Origin: Patescibacteria group bacterium
GTDB lineage: Bacteria; Patescibacteriota; Minisyncoccia; Minisyncoccales; JAHCRE01
Reading direction: 5' to 3'
Assembly: GCA_020148025.1 (NCBI GenBank)
Contig: JAHCRH010000002.1
Location: 1-60,975 of the forward strand
Length of the DNA: 60,975 nt
Position 1 is the first letter of the stretch. Each line of letters opens with the position of its first letter. Positions 39,127 to 48,232 of the stretch are shown piece after piece. Both the position numbers and the translations under genes were made by a program. The notes beneath the pieces were generated by a model. That model worked only from the letters and a program-made list of their open reading frames with translations. It made no database searches and was not told the origin of the DNA.

Positions 39127-40176
39127 ATGAAGAAAAATAGCATCTGGTGTTTCCTTGATAATGAAGGACCTCAAACGCTTAATGACAACGCTCAGGAAAA
39201 TATGGTGGTATTAGCCAAGCAATGTGGCCTTGGTGAGCAAGTTGGGATTGATTTTTATCGGCGAATAAGTGTAGTTGATGATATCTGGGGGGATTTCCAT
39301 AAAATAGCAAAAGATCCGCATTACTCTTCGGGACATACACTTAAGGTTAGTCTACCTTTTTTCAAGGCAATGGGTGCAACCTATCAGTGGCTTTATGAGT
39401 TTGCTAGGAGAAGTATTAGAACGGTTCCTAATATAGCAGGAGTCTTAAGAAGTCTTGATGGTAAGTATAATGTTCGTCAAATTTCAACAAGCTATGATTT
39501 CTTCATCAGAGCATATTGCGATTTAGTCGGTTTTGACTTCACAAAAAGTGTCTGCACTAAAGTGCCCGTATTTGATGAAATATCGATTTCAGAAGAAGAT
39601 GCTGAAGTATTAAGAGCTTTCATGAAGGAGGTTACAAAATGGCCGATTATTATATATGACCAAAAAACTGGTAAAGTATTCCCCCCTCACGAACGTTACT
39701 ATAGCTGCATCACCGGCTTTATTTGGGAGTTTGTTTACCATCTTCAGGTTGGGACATTACTTCAATCAGTCCATCCTATCGGCCAACAACAAAAACGGGA
39801 AATTCTTATTAGGGCTGCTCAGAAATTCAACATACCAAGAGAAAAGATATTCTATGTCGGCGATAGTCAAACCGATGTTGGATGTGTTCAACTTCTAAAA
39901 GGAGAAGGTTTGACGATGATGTTCAATGGCAAAGGTAAGGTCTGCGACGAATCTGACTTGATGTATATCGGAGAAGACGCTAGGATAATCGAAGAAGTGG
40001 CCTATTTATTTGATCAGCATGGAAGAGAATGGGTAATAGGACACTATACACCATTGCGTCGGGTAAAACACGGATTAATTGCGGCGGTTACGCCACAAAA
40101 CCTCGGAGAGCTCAAGGAAATGAGCGTTAAAAAGAGAAAAGAATTCAGAGGAGCTCATATAGGAGAGCTAACATAG
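39127..40176 (+). CDS. HAD-superfamily hydrolase, archaeal EhaR-like
   Basis: DNEGPQTLNDNA, ISTSY, YVGDSQTD, FNG; AGGAGGTGA SD. Confidence 0.75.
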   Translation: MKKNSIWCFLDNEGPQTLNDNAQENMVVLAKQCGLGEQVGIDFYRRISVVDDIWGDFHKIAKDPHYSSGHTLKVSLPFFKAMGATYQWLYEFARRSIRTVPNIAGVLRSLDGKYNVRQISTSYDFFIRAYCDLVGFDFTKSVCTKVPVFDEISISEEDAEVLRAFMKEVTKWPIIIYDQKTGKVFPPHERYYSCITGFIWEFVYHLQVGTLLQSVHPIGQQQKREILIRAAQKFNIPREKIFYVGDSQTDVGCVQLLKGEGLTMMFNGKGKVCDESDLMYIGEDARIIEEVAYLFDQHGREWVIGHYTPLRRVKHGLIAAVTPQNLGELKEMSVKKRKEFRGAHIGELT

Positions 40177-40225
40177 GATAGCAAAGACCTTTATTTGTTA
40201 AAATGCCCTTATTTGGGCATTTTTT

Positions 40226-40253
40226 ATTTCATGGAATATGTCTTGCGAGACTA
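40226..40253. other. dif-like site (degenerate left arm)
   Basis: ATTTCATGGAA-TATGTC-TTGCGAGACTA; same spacer as 38043; a related site at 40420-40446 has a 5-nt spacer. Confidence 0.6.
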
Positions 40254-40278
40254 TGTTTAGATATAAAAAATATCCCGA

Positions 40279-40335
40279 GAGTTCTTCTCTTGGTCGTTCC
40301 ATTTTTGGCAAATCGCGAATAGTAAATTTTCTCAT
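40279..40335 (-). pseudogene. radC: RadC N-terminal fragment
   Basis: Translates MRKFTIRDLPKMERPREEL (RadC 'P..ERPREKL' motif), then unrelated sequence. Confidence 0.7.
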
Positions 40336-40466
40336 AAATTTAATTCATTTTCGCATAAAAAATCGGCTTTTTCAAGCCGATTTTTTTGTCAATTTTGGCA
40401 ATTTTTGACACCTCCCTAAACGTCGCACAAATGTCTCGTGAGACGATATTTACGGAGAAATAAAAC

Positions 40467-40489
40467 GCCCGAGAGAAAAACTCTCGGGC
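40467..40489. repeat. Repeat family R5: CCCGAGAG-AAAAA-CTCTCGGG palindrome; representative copy
   Basis: Related copies near 5681, 15526 (partial), 40273 (hybrid), 41811, 42302, 45898, 47543. Confidence 0.8.
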
Positions 40490-40557
40490 GGGAGGGCGGA
40501 GATAAAAAAAAGGGGCATTAAGCCCCGAAAATTTGAAGAAAAAAAGAAAGAAAAGAG

Positions 40558-40884
40558 CTATGTTTGTTGAGCTTCGAGGAATGCTTTGCGGAACTGGGCG
40601 ATTTCGTCTGCGTCAAGGGCCCGAAAATCCTTATCTATACTATGAAGAGTGATCGAACCATCAGCCCAGAGAGTAGCAATATCAGTTCCTGGCGGCTCGT
40701 ATCGTATAGCTATACCTTCTTTGGGATGTTGCTTGACTAACTGTTTGATTTCCGCAGCTAATTTGGCAAGATCTGATGTGGCTCCGAATCCTCGTAGCTC
40801 TGGTTCTCCTGCCTTTATAGTTTCTAGTATGTATGCACCGTATTCTTTAAGACCTTTCCAAAAACCTACCCAACACAGTTTCAA
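40558..40884 (-). CDS. Hypothetical protein (paralog of 11479-11829)
   Basis: AAGGAGG SD; shared motifs and promoter with the 11479 gene. Confidence 0.7.
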   Translation of the reverse strand: MKLCWVGFWKGLKEYGAYILETIKAGEPELRGFGATSDLAKLAAEIKQLVKQHPKEGIAIRYEPPGTDIATLWADGSITLHSIDKDFRALDADEIAQFRKAFLEAQQT

Positions 40885-41079
40885 TCTTTCGTCCTCCTTA
40901 TACTATTAACTAAAAATTAGTATATCAAATCAAATTATTTTTGTCAAGCGGCGGCTCCCAAAAGGTGGGGCGGCGAAAATAAAAAAAGAAGGGCATTTAT
41001 AGTCAGCCCTAAAGACTTTTTTTTAAAAAAAAGTGGGGTTGAAGCTTAGCCTCTTAGCTTCTTTAAAGCACGCACCCTT

Positions 41080-41730
41080 TTATTCTTCTCCTTGACACAA
41101 AGAAAGCGCTAGTTCTTCAATTCGTATTATTCTTGCGATTTCGCGTGCTCGGCGATAGAGTTGGTGTCGAGCCTTAGTCCAGTCTTTTATAGCTTTACCC
41201 AATTCTCTCCATATTTCTTCTGATGTTGACTTTGTCTTCGCAATAATTGTCGCTAAATCTGATTCTTCGATATGCACTCTTGTAGCTCTCTCGTATCCTC
41301 GTTTTTTGTATCCTGGTTCACCTTTGAATTCAACTTTTGCCAAAATCCATTGACCAGCTCTGGTAAGGCCCCAGATGTACATTGTCCCATCAGGACAACC
41401 ACCGCCCGGAGCACGATAACCGCTGTTCGGAATCCTCTGGATACCAGACCAGGGGCGGCGGAAGATACCTTGAGTTTTCAGAGAAAACCTCGTATCTCCT
41501 GTTACAGTGAGAGTATCGCGGATGGTAAGAGCATCGTATAAATCATGTCCTTCAGTCCAACTTTCGGTTCTAAGACATTTAAGTTCGCCGAGTTTGGGGA
41601 GGGTAAATGAATCAAGGTGCGGTTTGATGAGAGAACGGCGAGCCTCTATAAGGTCAAGCCACTCCTCATCGCTTGGTGGGTGCTTGCGAACTAGCAACCC
41701 TAATCCTTTAGTGTTGGGCGTACCCTTCAC
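41080..41730 (-). CDS. Hypothetical protein
   Basis: 216-aa ORF with SD and TTGACA promoter. Confidence 0.75.
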   Translation of the reverse strand: MKGTPNTKGLGLLVRKHPPSDEEWLDLIEARRSLIKPHLDSFTLPKLGELKCLRTESWTEGHDLYDALTIRDTLTVTGDTRFSLKTQGIFRRPWSGIQRIPNSGYRAPGGGCPDGTMYIWGLTRAGQWILAKVEFKGEPGYKKRGYERATRVHIEESDLATIIAKTKSTSEEIWRELGKAIKDWTKARHQLYRRAREIARIIRIEELALSLCQGEE

Positions 41731-41907
41731 CTCCTTTTCTATTATTTCTGAAAGGCGTACCTCTCAGATAAATCATTTTCACATAATCCCACCTTTTTGT
41801 CAATAGAAACACCCGAGAAAAACCCTCGGGTTAATTTTTTATACCTAATTCTTGTAAAATATATGTACTTTGAACAATTAAATAAAAAAGACTGAGTTAT
41901 GCTCAGT

Positions 41908-42231
41908 CTATTTAATTGGTGGTTCAATAGAGAATGGCAACAGTATACCCGTTCCTATTTTTAGATAGATGACAAACTTTATTGGCCATACGACAAGAAA
42001 CCATAGTAATTCAGCGAATTTCCTCTTCTTGACAAAAAAACCAGCTAATCGTAGCACGCCGAAATAGTATTGAATAAAACCACTCGGAGTCCTTAGAGTC
42101 TTTTTTAGTTCTTTTTGTTTTTCTAAGATTTCAGCTCCACAGAGTGCAAAGAGAATTGCTAAACGAATCGGATGTCCTACCACTGGAAGATCTTTTTCCC
42201 ATTTTTTTAAAACCGCTGGGGTTATTCCCAT
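41908..42231 (-). CDS. ArsR-like HTH protein, possibly degenerate
   Basis: GHPIRLAILFAL...Y.FGVLRLAGF. Confidence 0.5.
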   Translation of the reverse strand: MGITPAVLKKWEKDLPVVGHPIRLAILFALCGAEILEKQKELKKTLRTPSGFIQYYFGVLRLAGFFVKKRKFAELLWFLVVWPIKFVIYLKIGTGILLPFSIEPPIK

Positions 42232-42364
42232 CTTTGGAACCTCATTTTCAAACAGCTATTTTCTTTATATCAAATATTTATTAGCATATCAAGAGAATCA
42301 AGCCCCGAGAGTTTTTCTCGGGCGAGACGACCAGAAATAAAAAACCCACTTGAAAAAAGTGGGG

Positions 42365-43765
42365 TTATTTGGGTGGATTGATAATGTCTTTTGCCCTTTT
42401 AGCGATGAGTTGTGCTTTTTCGGCTGCTAAGCCAATGTATTCGTCTGGGTTTTCAAGAAGTCGTCGAATTTCCCACGGAATTCTAGCTAGTATCTTAGCC
42501 AATGATTCATCTTTCTTTGAAAGTTCTTCTAATACCGCAATCAGCGGTTTTTTTGGTGTCGCGCGAGGCACAAGCTCTTTTTTCACGAAATCGTGAGCAT
42601 CTCTTTCAAATCCTGCCACTTGGAGAGCAAGATAAAGTGGTTCTGCCATAACAAGGTGAGTATTCAGTTCAAGGTTCTTCTTTAAAGCTTCGGGGTCAAT
42701 TTTCATTTTGGCAATTACCTTTATCATTCGCTCAAGTTGATATTGAACCAAGACCACAATTCCTGGGAATTCCCGGGAAGGAGCACTTCCGACAAGATCG
42801 CGTTGATGTTCTGAAATTAGGGTATCTAATACTTTGCCGTATTCGTTCTTTACGATGATGAAAATAGCTTCTGTATTTTCGAACGAAATCGGATTTTTCT
42901 TATGAACCATTGTTGAAGAACCGGTTTGATCTTCTCCAAATTCTTCTGCTATTTCTCCAATTTCAGTCCGTTGCAAATGACGACAATCGCGGCCGAGTTG
43001 AGCTAAGCAAGCACTTAGGAGGACGTGGGCGTGAAGAAAATCAGCTAAGAGTTCTGGTGGCAATATTTGAGTGCTAATTTCTGCAGCTGAAAGCTTGAGT
43101 TTTGCTAAAACTCTTTCTTCGATATTTCGCTCCAAGAGGCCGACTTGAGCATTGTAAGCTCCTACTGCTCCGCTGAATTTTCCGCGAAGATCATCACAGG
43201 TGATTACGAGACGCTCACGACAGTTCAATAGACGATTAAGAATGGTGGCTAACCAGAAACCTACGGTGATTGGTATCGCATGCTGTCCGTGTGTTCTGCC
43301 AATTTGGCGGACCTTTGCAAATTCTTCAACTTTGGCCATCAAAAGTTCGATGAGTCTATCAATAGTAGGAAGCATCACTTCAAGAAAAGCACGTTTGAAA
43401 GCAAGAATAGCGCCAGTATCTCTGATATCGAAGCTAGTTGCTGTCAAGTGAACCCATCGCCTCAATAGAAAAGGGTGTGGAATCATCTCTCGGATGAGTT
43501 GGACCAGAGCCACAACGTCATGCTTTGTTTCTTCTTCACGTTCATCAACTTCAGTGGTTGTGATGTTTTTGATTCTTCTGCGAACATCTAGTGTCAATCT
43601 GGCATATTCTTCTTGAGGAATGACTTCGATTTCTGCTAGAACATCAATTAAAGCTAATTCCACTTCAATCCATGGTTTTACAAGATTGTCATATCCGAAA
43701 TACGGAATCATCGATTTTGGTTGATATCGTGGATTACCAGGTAATATATAGTTCACAACTATCAT
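42365..43765 (-). CDS. purB: Adenylosuccinate lyase
   Basis: TKHDV, HLTATSFD, GRTHGQHA, GSSTMVHKKNPISFE. Confidence 0.93.
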   Translation of the reverse strand: MIVVNYILPGNPRYQPKSMIPYFGYDNLVKPWIEVELALIDVLAEIEVIPQEEYARLTLDVRRRIKNITTTEVDEREEETKHDVVALVQLIREMIPHPFLLRRWVHLTATSFDIRDTGAILAFKRAFLEVMLPTIDRLIELLMAKVEEFAKVRQIGRTHGQHAIPITVGFWLATILNRLLNCRERLVITCDDLRGKFSGAVGAYNAQVGLLERNIEERVLAKLKLSAAEISTQILPPELLADFLHAHVLLSACLAQLGRDCRHLQRTEIGEIAEEFGEDQTGSSTMVHKKNPISFENTEAIFIIVKNEYGKVLDTLISEHQRDLVGSAPSREFPGIVVLVQYQLERMIKVIAKMKIDPEALKKNLELNTHLVMAEPLYLALQVAGFERDAHDFVKKELVPRATPKKPLIAVLEELSKKDESLAKILARIPWEIRRLLENPDEYIGLAAEKAQLIAKRAKDIINPPK

Positions 43766-43993
43766 CTCCTTTATATTTTTAAGGAACTGATTCCCTCAGT
43801 ATAAAACTACCAAATTTAGGAAAATTTATCAAGAACGAATAAAAAAAGCAGAAAAAGCTGGTTTTTACCAGCTTAAATTAAATGTGCAATCGAAGAAGTT
43901 TTCTAAAAAATTGGGTGTCTTCTCCTTTCTATATTTTTACAAACTACTCTGCTCTATTTTTATTCTCGGATAGCACTTGAGAGAACCGGCCGT

Positions 43994-44179
43994 CTATTCA
44001 TCGAGTAGTATTTGAAGCATTCTCGCTACTCTAAGCTTTCGGCATTTTCCTTCGAAATGCTCCCACCAGCATTCTAAGCATATTAGAATTTCGAGGACCG
44101 AGCCATCTGGAAACTTTATTTGAATAGGTTTTGCAGCCACCGTAATATCTCCACAATCATCGCACCACATTATGTTCAC
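43994..44179 (-). CDS. Small Zn-binding protein
   Basis: CDDC...CLEC; overlaps the upstream gene stop (ATGA). Confidence 0.55.
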   Translation of the reverse strand: MNIMWCDDCGDITVAAKPIQIKFPDGSVLEILICLECWWEHFEGKCRKLRVARMLQILLDE

Positions 44180-44550
44180 CCACTACTAACTTTGGCCATG
44201 ATTATTCCAAGCAAGTTGTTGGTCACAACAATTGTATAGAATCCCACTAAGAACAACAAATTGATATTCAGCAGCCAGAACCCTTTGGAGTAGTTCTCTT
44301 TCTTGCATAGGCCATAAGTGATGGTGGAAAAGCCACTATAAACGAGCGGTAAACCAATCTTGATAATCAATGACTCCTTAGTGACAAACGAATCGCCAGA
44401 AAATAAGGGATTAAACTCCCCGGCACCAAGAGATAAGCCATAGACAGTGGTGATTATGTCGGTTGAGTTCAAGGCTACGAGCAGACCGAGCAGCCACACG
44501 AATTTCTTGTTCAAGTTCTCACCCTCTTTTTTGTTTTTCTTCTTCGCCAA
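44176..44550 (-). CDS. DUF5658-like membrane protein
   Basis: LNSTDIITT.YGL..GAGEFNP, VVTNN. Confidence 0.7.
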   Translation of the reverse strand: MAKKKNKKEGENLNKKFVWLLGLLVALNSTDIITTVYGLSLGAGEFNPLFSGDSFVTKESLIIKIGLPLVYSGFSTITYGLCKKENYSKGFWLLNINLLFLVGFYTIVVTNNLLGIIMAKVSSG

Positions 44551-44673
44551 TTCTTTTCATTCTTCGAGTTTCAAAGAACTGTATTTCAAGCATAGCATAA
44601 AATAATATTATGTCAAGGAAAAAGCGGGAATCGAGGGTGAGACGCAATCAGAATTGGTTCTGGGAAGAATTTT

Positions 44674-45783
44674 CTATTCGCTTTCAATAGCTACGCACTC
44701 CTCTCCATCAAAGCACTTCTCGAGCCCACAATCACAAATTTTTACCTGATGACTGTTTTCTGGTGCGCAACCACAAGGCCCAACAAGACATAGGTTGGGA
44801 AAATCATTAGTTGCTTCACAGCACAATGAGGTTGATACTGTCCCCCCAGAATCTATACAAGCTTGCTCTTCCTCGGTTAACTCTTCAGAAAGTGTACTGA
44901 ATGTTTCCTCAATGCTGATCTCATAATTACCTGCCTCATCAGCAGAGCTTACTAGATAATAGTAGGTAGTATCTGGAGTCAAATCAGAGAGCGCAATTTC
45001 ATGTTCTAATACTAACTCAGAAGAGCTTTCCACGGGGGTTAAATCCGTTACAACAAGCGGAGTTACTGTATCGTACCAGACCTTGCTATCTGCTTCTTCA
45101 TTAGTAACCCAGGTAATTTTCGCTGATGTTGTAGTAGTATCTATAGCACTGAGTTCTGAAATAAGGGGTGCTGTAGTATCTGGAGCAGGTATTTCTCCTA
45201 GCTTCTTAGCAATACCAGGAGGAAGCTCTTGTCCGGGTAAGGGCTTTGGTTCGAAATCAAGCTTTTTTCTAATTCCCTGGGCAATTAAAAGACCAGGTGG
45301 CACCTTACCAGACTCACCGGCACCTTCTACAAGCAACTCGTTTATTCTAGCTAGTGTTTTTGGCCCGACCACTCCGACCTGCTCAATTCCTGCTATCTTC
45401 TGAAATCTTTTTACCGCATTTCTTGTTAGCTGACCAAAATATCCCGTAACCAATCCTTCAGGATAAACATCTAGGTCTGTTGCCAATATCTCTTGTAACA
45501 ACTCGATATCTTCCCCGCTCATACCTATTCGCAGTTGTCTAATTAACTTTAGAGTTACTTTAATCTCTTTTTCTGTTTCCTTTATTTCCAACTTTGCCTG
45601 TCTTAATGATTCTATCTGTGTCACTAATGCTTGTATCTGCGTCTTTAATTGTTCTATTTGTTGTTGCAATGCTTGAATAAGCTCTTGTACCGAAGAAGTA
45701 TTTGTCTCTTCTGCTAAAACGGGTATAGACAACAAACCAAACAAAACACTTACACCCAAAAGGATAGTAATAATTTTTTTCAT
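44674..45783 (-). CDS. Secreted peptidoglycan-binding protein with FN3-like and Cys-rich domains
   Basis: Signal peptide, coiled coil, GMSGEDI.LLQ..GYFGQLTRNAVKRFQ, FN3-like HEIALSDLTPDTTYYY, 10-Cys tail. Confidence 0.85.
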   Translation of the reverse strand: MKKIITILLGVSVLFGLLSIPVLAEETNTSSVQELIQALQQQIEQLKTQIQALVTQIESLRQAKLEIKETEKEIKVTLKLIRQLRIGMSGEDIELLQEILATDLDVYPEGLVTGYFGQLTRNAVKRFQKIAGIEQVGVVGPKTLARINELLVEGAGESGKVPPGLLIAQGIRKKLDFEPKPLPGQELPPGIAKKLGEIPAPDTTAPLISELSAIDTTTTSAKITWVTNEEADSKVWYDTVTPLVVTDLTPVESSSELVLEHEIALSDLTPDTTYYYLVSSADEAGNYEISIEETFSTLSEELTEEEQACIDSGGTVSTSLCCEATNDFPNLCLVGPCGCAPENSHQVKICDCGLEKCFDGEECVAIESE

Positions 45784-45944
45784 TTTATCCTATTAGTTTA
45801 ATGAATTAGATTTTTAATATTAATTCGACCTTTGATGTTTATTAATGGATAAACTTCTCCCTTCTTATAGGATAAACTTTAGGGAAACAAAAATCAAGCT
45901 CGAGAGAAAAGCGCTCGGGTTAGAAACTGCCCGGCGACGAGTTT

Positions 45945-46763
45945 TTATTTTATTGGTTTTTGGCCGATACCGAATTCTACTGCTCTTTTAATTTGAGGTA
46001 TCTCCCAGGGATCGATATTCTTGAGCGAATTATTTTCAAAGCTTTGAATTATTTTAATGCCCTCTACATCCAGAGCAACCCTGTCAGTTGAGGCCAAAAT
46101 TAAATCAGATTCTCCAACCTCCCCTTCTGATGGTCCCCTATTAATAAAACATTTCCTGGCATCCATAATGATTAAATCAGGATTAATGATTTTGTTTAAT
46201 TCGGCTATTTTTTCTTGAATGCGTCTAAGATGAAGGTGAATCCGTTGAAGAGGTTTTATAAAACCAACAGAAAGTTTTAAGCTTCCTGTAAATTGAGCTT
46301 GAAAGTGAGTTTTCAAACAAGGAAGAAGAATTAACTTATCCACTTGATCTAAAAATTCGGTTACCGAGACTTTTTTCAAAAATTTAGCTCCAGGAATTTC
46401 TTTTTTAACCCACCCTCTCTCGTCAAAAATATAAATCCGAGGGGGTCTTTCCATCTTTTCTAGCTCAAAAATTCCAAGTTCTTCCATTACCTTACGAGTA
46501 TTCGATTTCATGGTGGAAGAATCACCAATCATTACCACTTTAGGTTTGCAGTCATAAACTAACTCAACCACGACTTTTAAAAATTCAGGGTCAGAAGAAG
46601 CAGGAAAAGGATCGGCGGTATTAAAATTTGGTTTCAACAAGACCACATCGGCGGGCTCAATAAATTTTTTAAAACCGCCAATTTGATTCACCGCCCTCAA
46701 TATTGAATCCTTTAAACTTTTCTCAAATTTTACTTTCACCACTTTTCCCATATTCGTTACCAA
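45945..46763 (-). CDS. DUF362 domain protein
   Basis: VLLKPNF, PCLKTH, TGSLKL, STDRVALD. Confidence 0.88.
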   Translation of the reverse strand: MVTNMGKVVKVKFEKSLKDSILRAVNQIGGFKKFIEPADVVLLKPNFNTADPFPASSDPEFLKVVVELVYDCKPKVVMIGDSSTMKSNTRKVMEELGIFELEKMERPPRIYIFDERGWVKKEIPGAKFLKKVSVTEFLDQVDKLILLPCLKTHFQAQFTGSLKLSVGFIKPLQRIHLHLRRIQEKIAELNKIINPDLIIMDARKCFINRGPSEGEVGESDLILASTDRVALDVEGIKIIQSFENNSLKNIDPWEIPQIKRAVEFGIGQKPIK

Positions 46764-46847
46764 TCTTATTCTACCAAAAAATCGCCTTTTTGGCGATTAA
46801 ATAAAAACAGCCCAGTGACGGGCTTTTTGGTTTTTGTATGCATTTAT

Positions 46848-47465
46848 TCAAAACATTGGGGCCAATATTAGTAGAATTAATAGCCTACTTCCAGAGAGTG
46901 CAAGAATCGTCATTAAAATTATAGTAGTCGAGTTCAGTATTGGATATTCAAATCTCTTAGTCGCAGTATTTTTTTTAGAGAAGCAGTAAAATATTCTTAC
47001 CAATATTAGGATAGCTGGCATTAAGATTGATGCAAATAATATATATGACGTCATAAGCAAACGTGTTGGTACAATATGTACTACTTTACCTACCACCTGA
47101 TCCGCTGTTATTTTCCCCTTGTCTGGTCTTTCATTAGCATCTCCTTTTGTCCGAAATGTGAGGATTGGATTTTCCCCTATATCCACTACCCTGTGAACAA
47201 TCGTTACTGGTATCGAGTCTACTTTGAAGGAGATTATGTCTCCGACTTGGATGCCTTCTGTGCCTTTTTTTATTAATATTGTATCGCCATTCATCAACGC
47301 CGGGGCCATACTGTATCCTATTACCGGCATAAAGATACGGTCAGCACCCGCTAAGGAAAATAAGAAGGAATAGAGTACAAGAATGGACGGTGTAATCGAT
47401 ACCAATAATGCCACTATCAGCCCCACATTTAGAACTACTTTCAACACTTTTTTCTTTTTCATCAT
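46848..47465 (-). CDS. Signal peptidase I, SipW/archaeal (Ser-His) type
   Basis: GYSMAPAL..GD, IVHRV, TKGDAN..PD. Confidence 0.88.
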   Translation of the reverse strand: MMKKKKVLKVVLNVGLIVALLVSITPSILVLYSFLFSLAGADRIFMPVIGYSMAPALMNGDTILIKKGTEGIQVGDIISFKVDSIPVTIVHRVVDIGENPILTFRTKGDANERPDKGKITADQVVGKVVHIVPTRLLMTSYILFASILMPAILILVRIFYCFSKKNTATKRFEYPILNSTTIILMTILALSGSRLLILLILAPMF

Positions 47466-47587
47466 CTCGTCCTCCTGTATTCAGATTTTAAAGGACTTTC
47501 TATTAAGAATAATTTACCGCAAATTCTTTATTTTGTCAATCAAGCCCCGAGAAAAACTCTCGGGGTTTTATTTCGCTTAACTGTCCT

Positions 47588-47779
47588 TTAATTTTCTTTA
47601 TATTTTTTATAACACTTCCTGCATAAATGAATCTCACACTTGAAACCTTTATAATCAAACCAAATATGCCAAGCCTTATGCATATATTTTTGACAGTTAG
47701 CGCATCTAAAACCTCTGTATTTTGGTTTAGGATTTATATTCCAACTTTGAACAGTTTTTAATAAAATTTTTTTATTCAT
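47588..47779 (-). CDS. Small Zn-finger protein
   Basis: CANC...HLCRKC; R1 promoter immediately upstream. Confidence 0.65.
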   Translation of the reverse strand: MNKKILLKTVQSWNINPKPKYRGFRCANCQKYMHKAWHIWFDYKGFKCEIHLCRKCYKKYKEN

Positions 47780-47850
47780 TAACCCATTTTATCAAAAAAT
47801 CGCCTTTTAGGCGATTTTTTGAAAATCGCCCAGTGATTGGCTTTCTTGTG

Positions 47851-48102
47851 TTATTTTTTCTCGTAAATTCTGCGCCACCAAAATTTTCCCTGCCAGAAGC
47901 CAAATAAAGCCCCGGCAATAAAAAGAATAACAGTCCCTATATGGTGGATTATAAACCATTGCGACCATGAAAAACCAAGACTATATTTTGGAAAATCGCG
48001 AATTAGAAGACCAATATACCAAGTTTCAACCAAGCCATGGATTAAAAACTGAAGCAGAATACCCAAAAATGTGAATAAAGTTATATAAATTGTCTTTTTC
48101 AT
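47851..48102 (-). CDS. Small two-TM membrane protein
   Basis: Two hydrophobic segments; R1 promoter immediately upstream. Confidence 0.7.
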   Translation of the reverse strand: MKKTIYITLFTFLGILLQFLIHGLVETWYIGLLIRDFPKYSLGFSWSQWFIIHHIGTVILFIAGALFGFWQGKFWWRRIYEKK

Positions 48103-48232
48103 ACTTTTATTCTACCAAAAAATCGCCTTCTTGGCGATTAAACAAAAACTGCCCAGCGACGGGCTTTTTGATTTTTCTCCTTTTTCCAGCTCACAAGATT
48201 TGCGGGCTCGAAAAAAGAGGGGGAAGGAACGT

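Noticed and set aside
10445..48170. CRISPR array made of R1/R2/R3 repeats
   Set aside because: Repeats are separated by whole genes rather than 30-40-nt spacers, and there is no cas operon.
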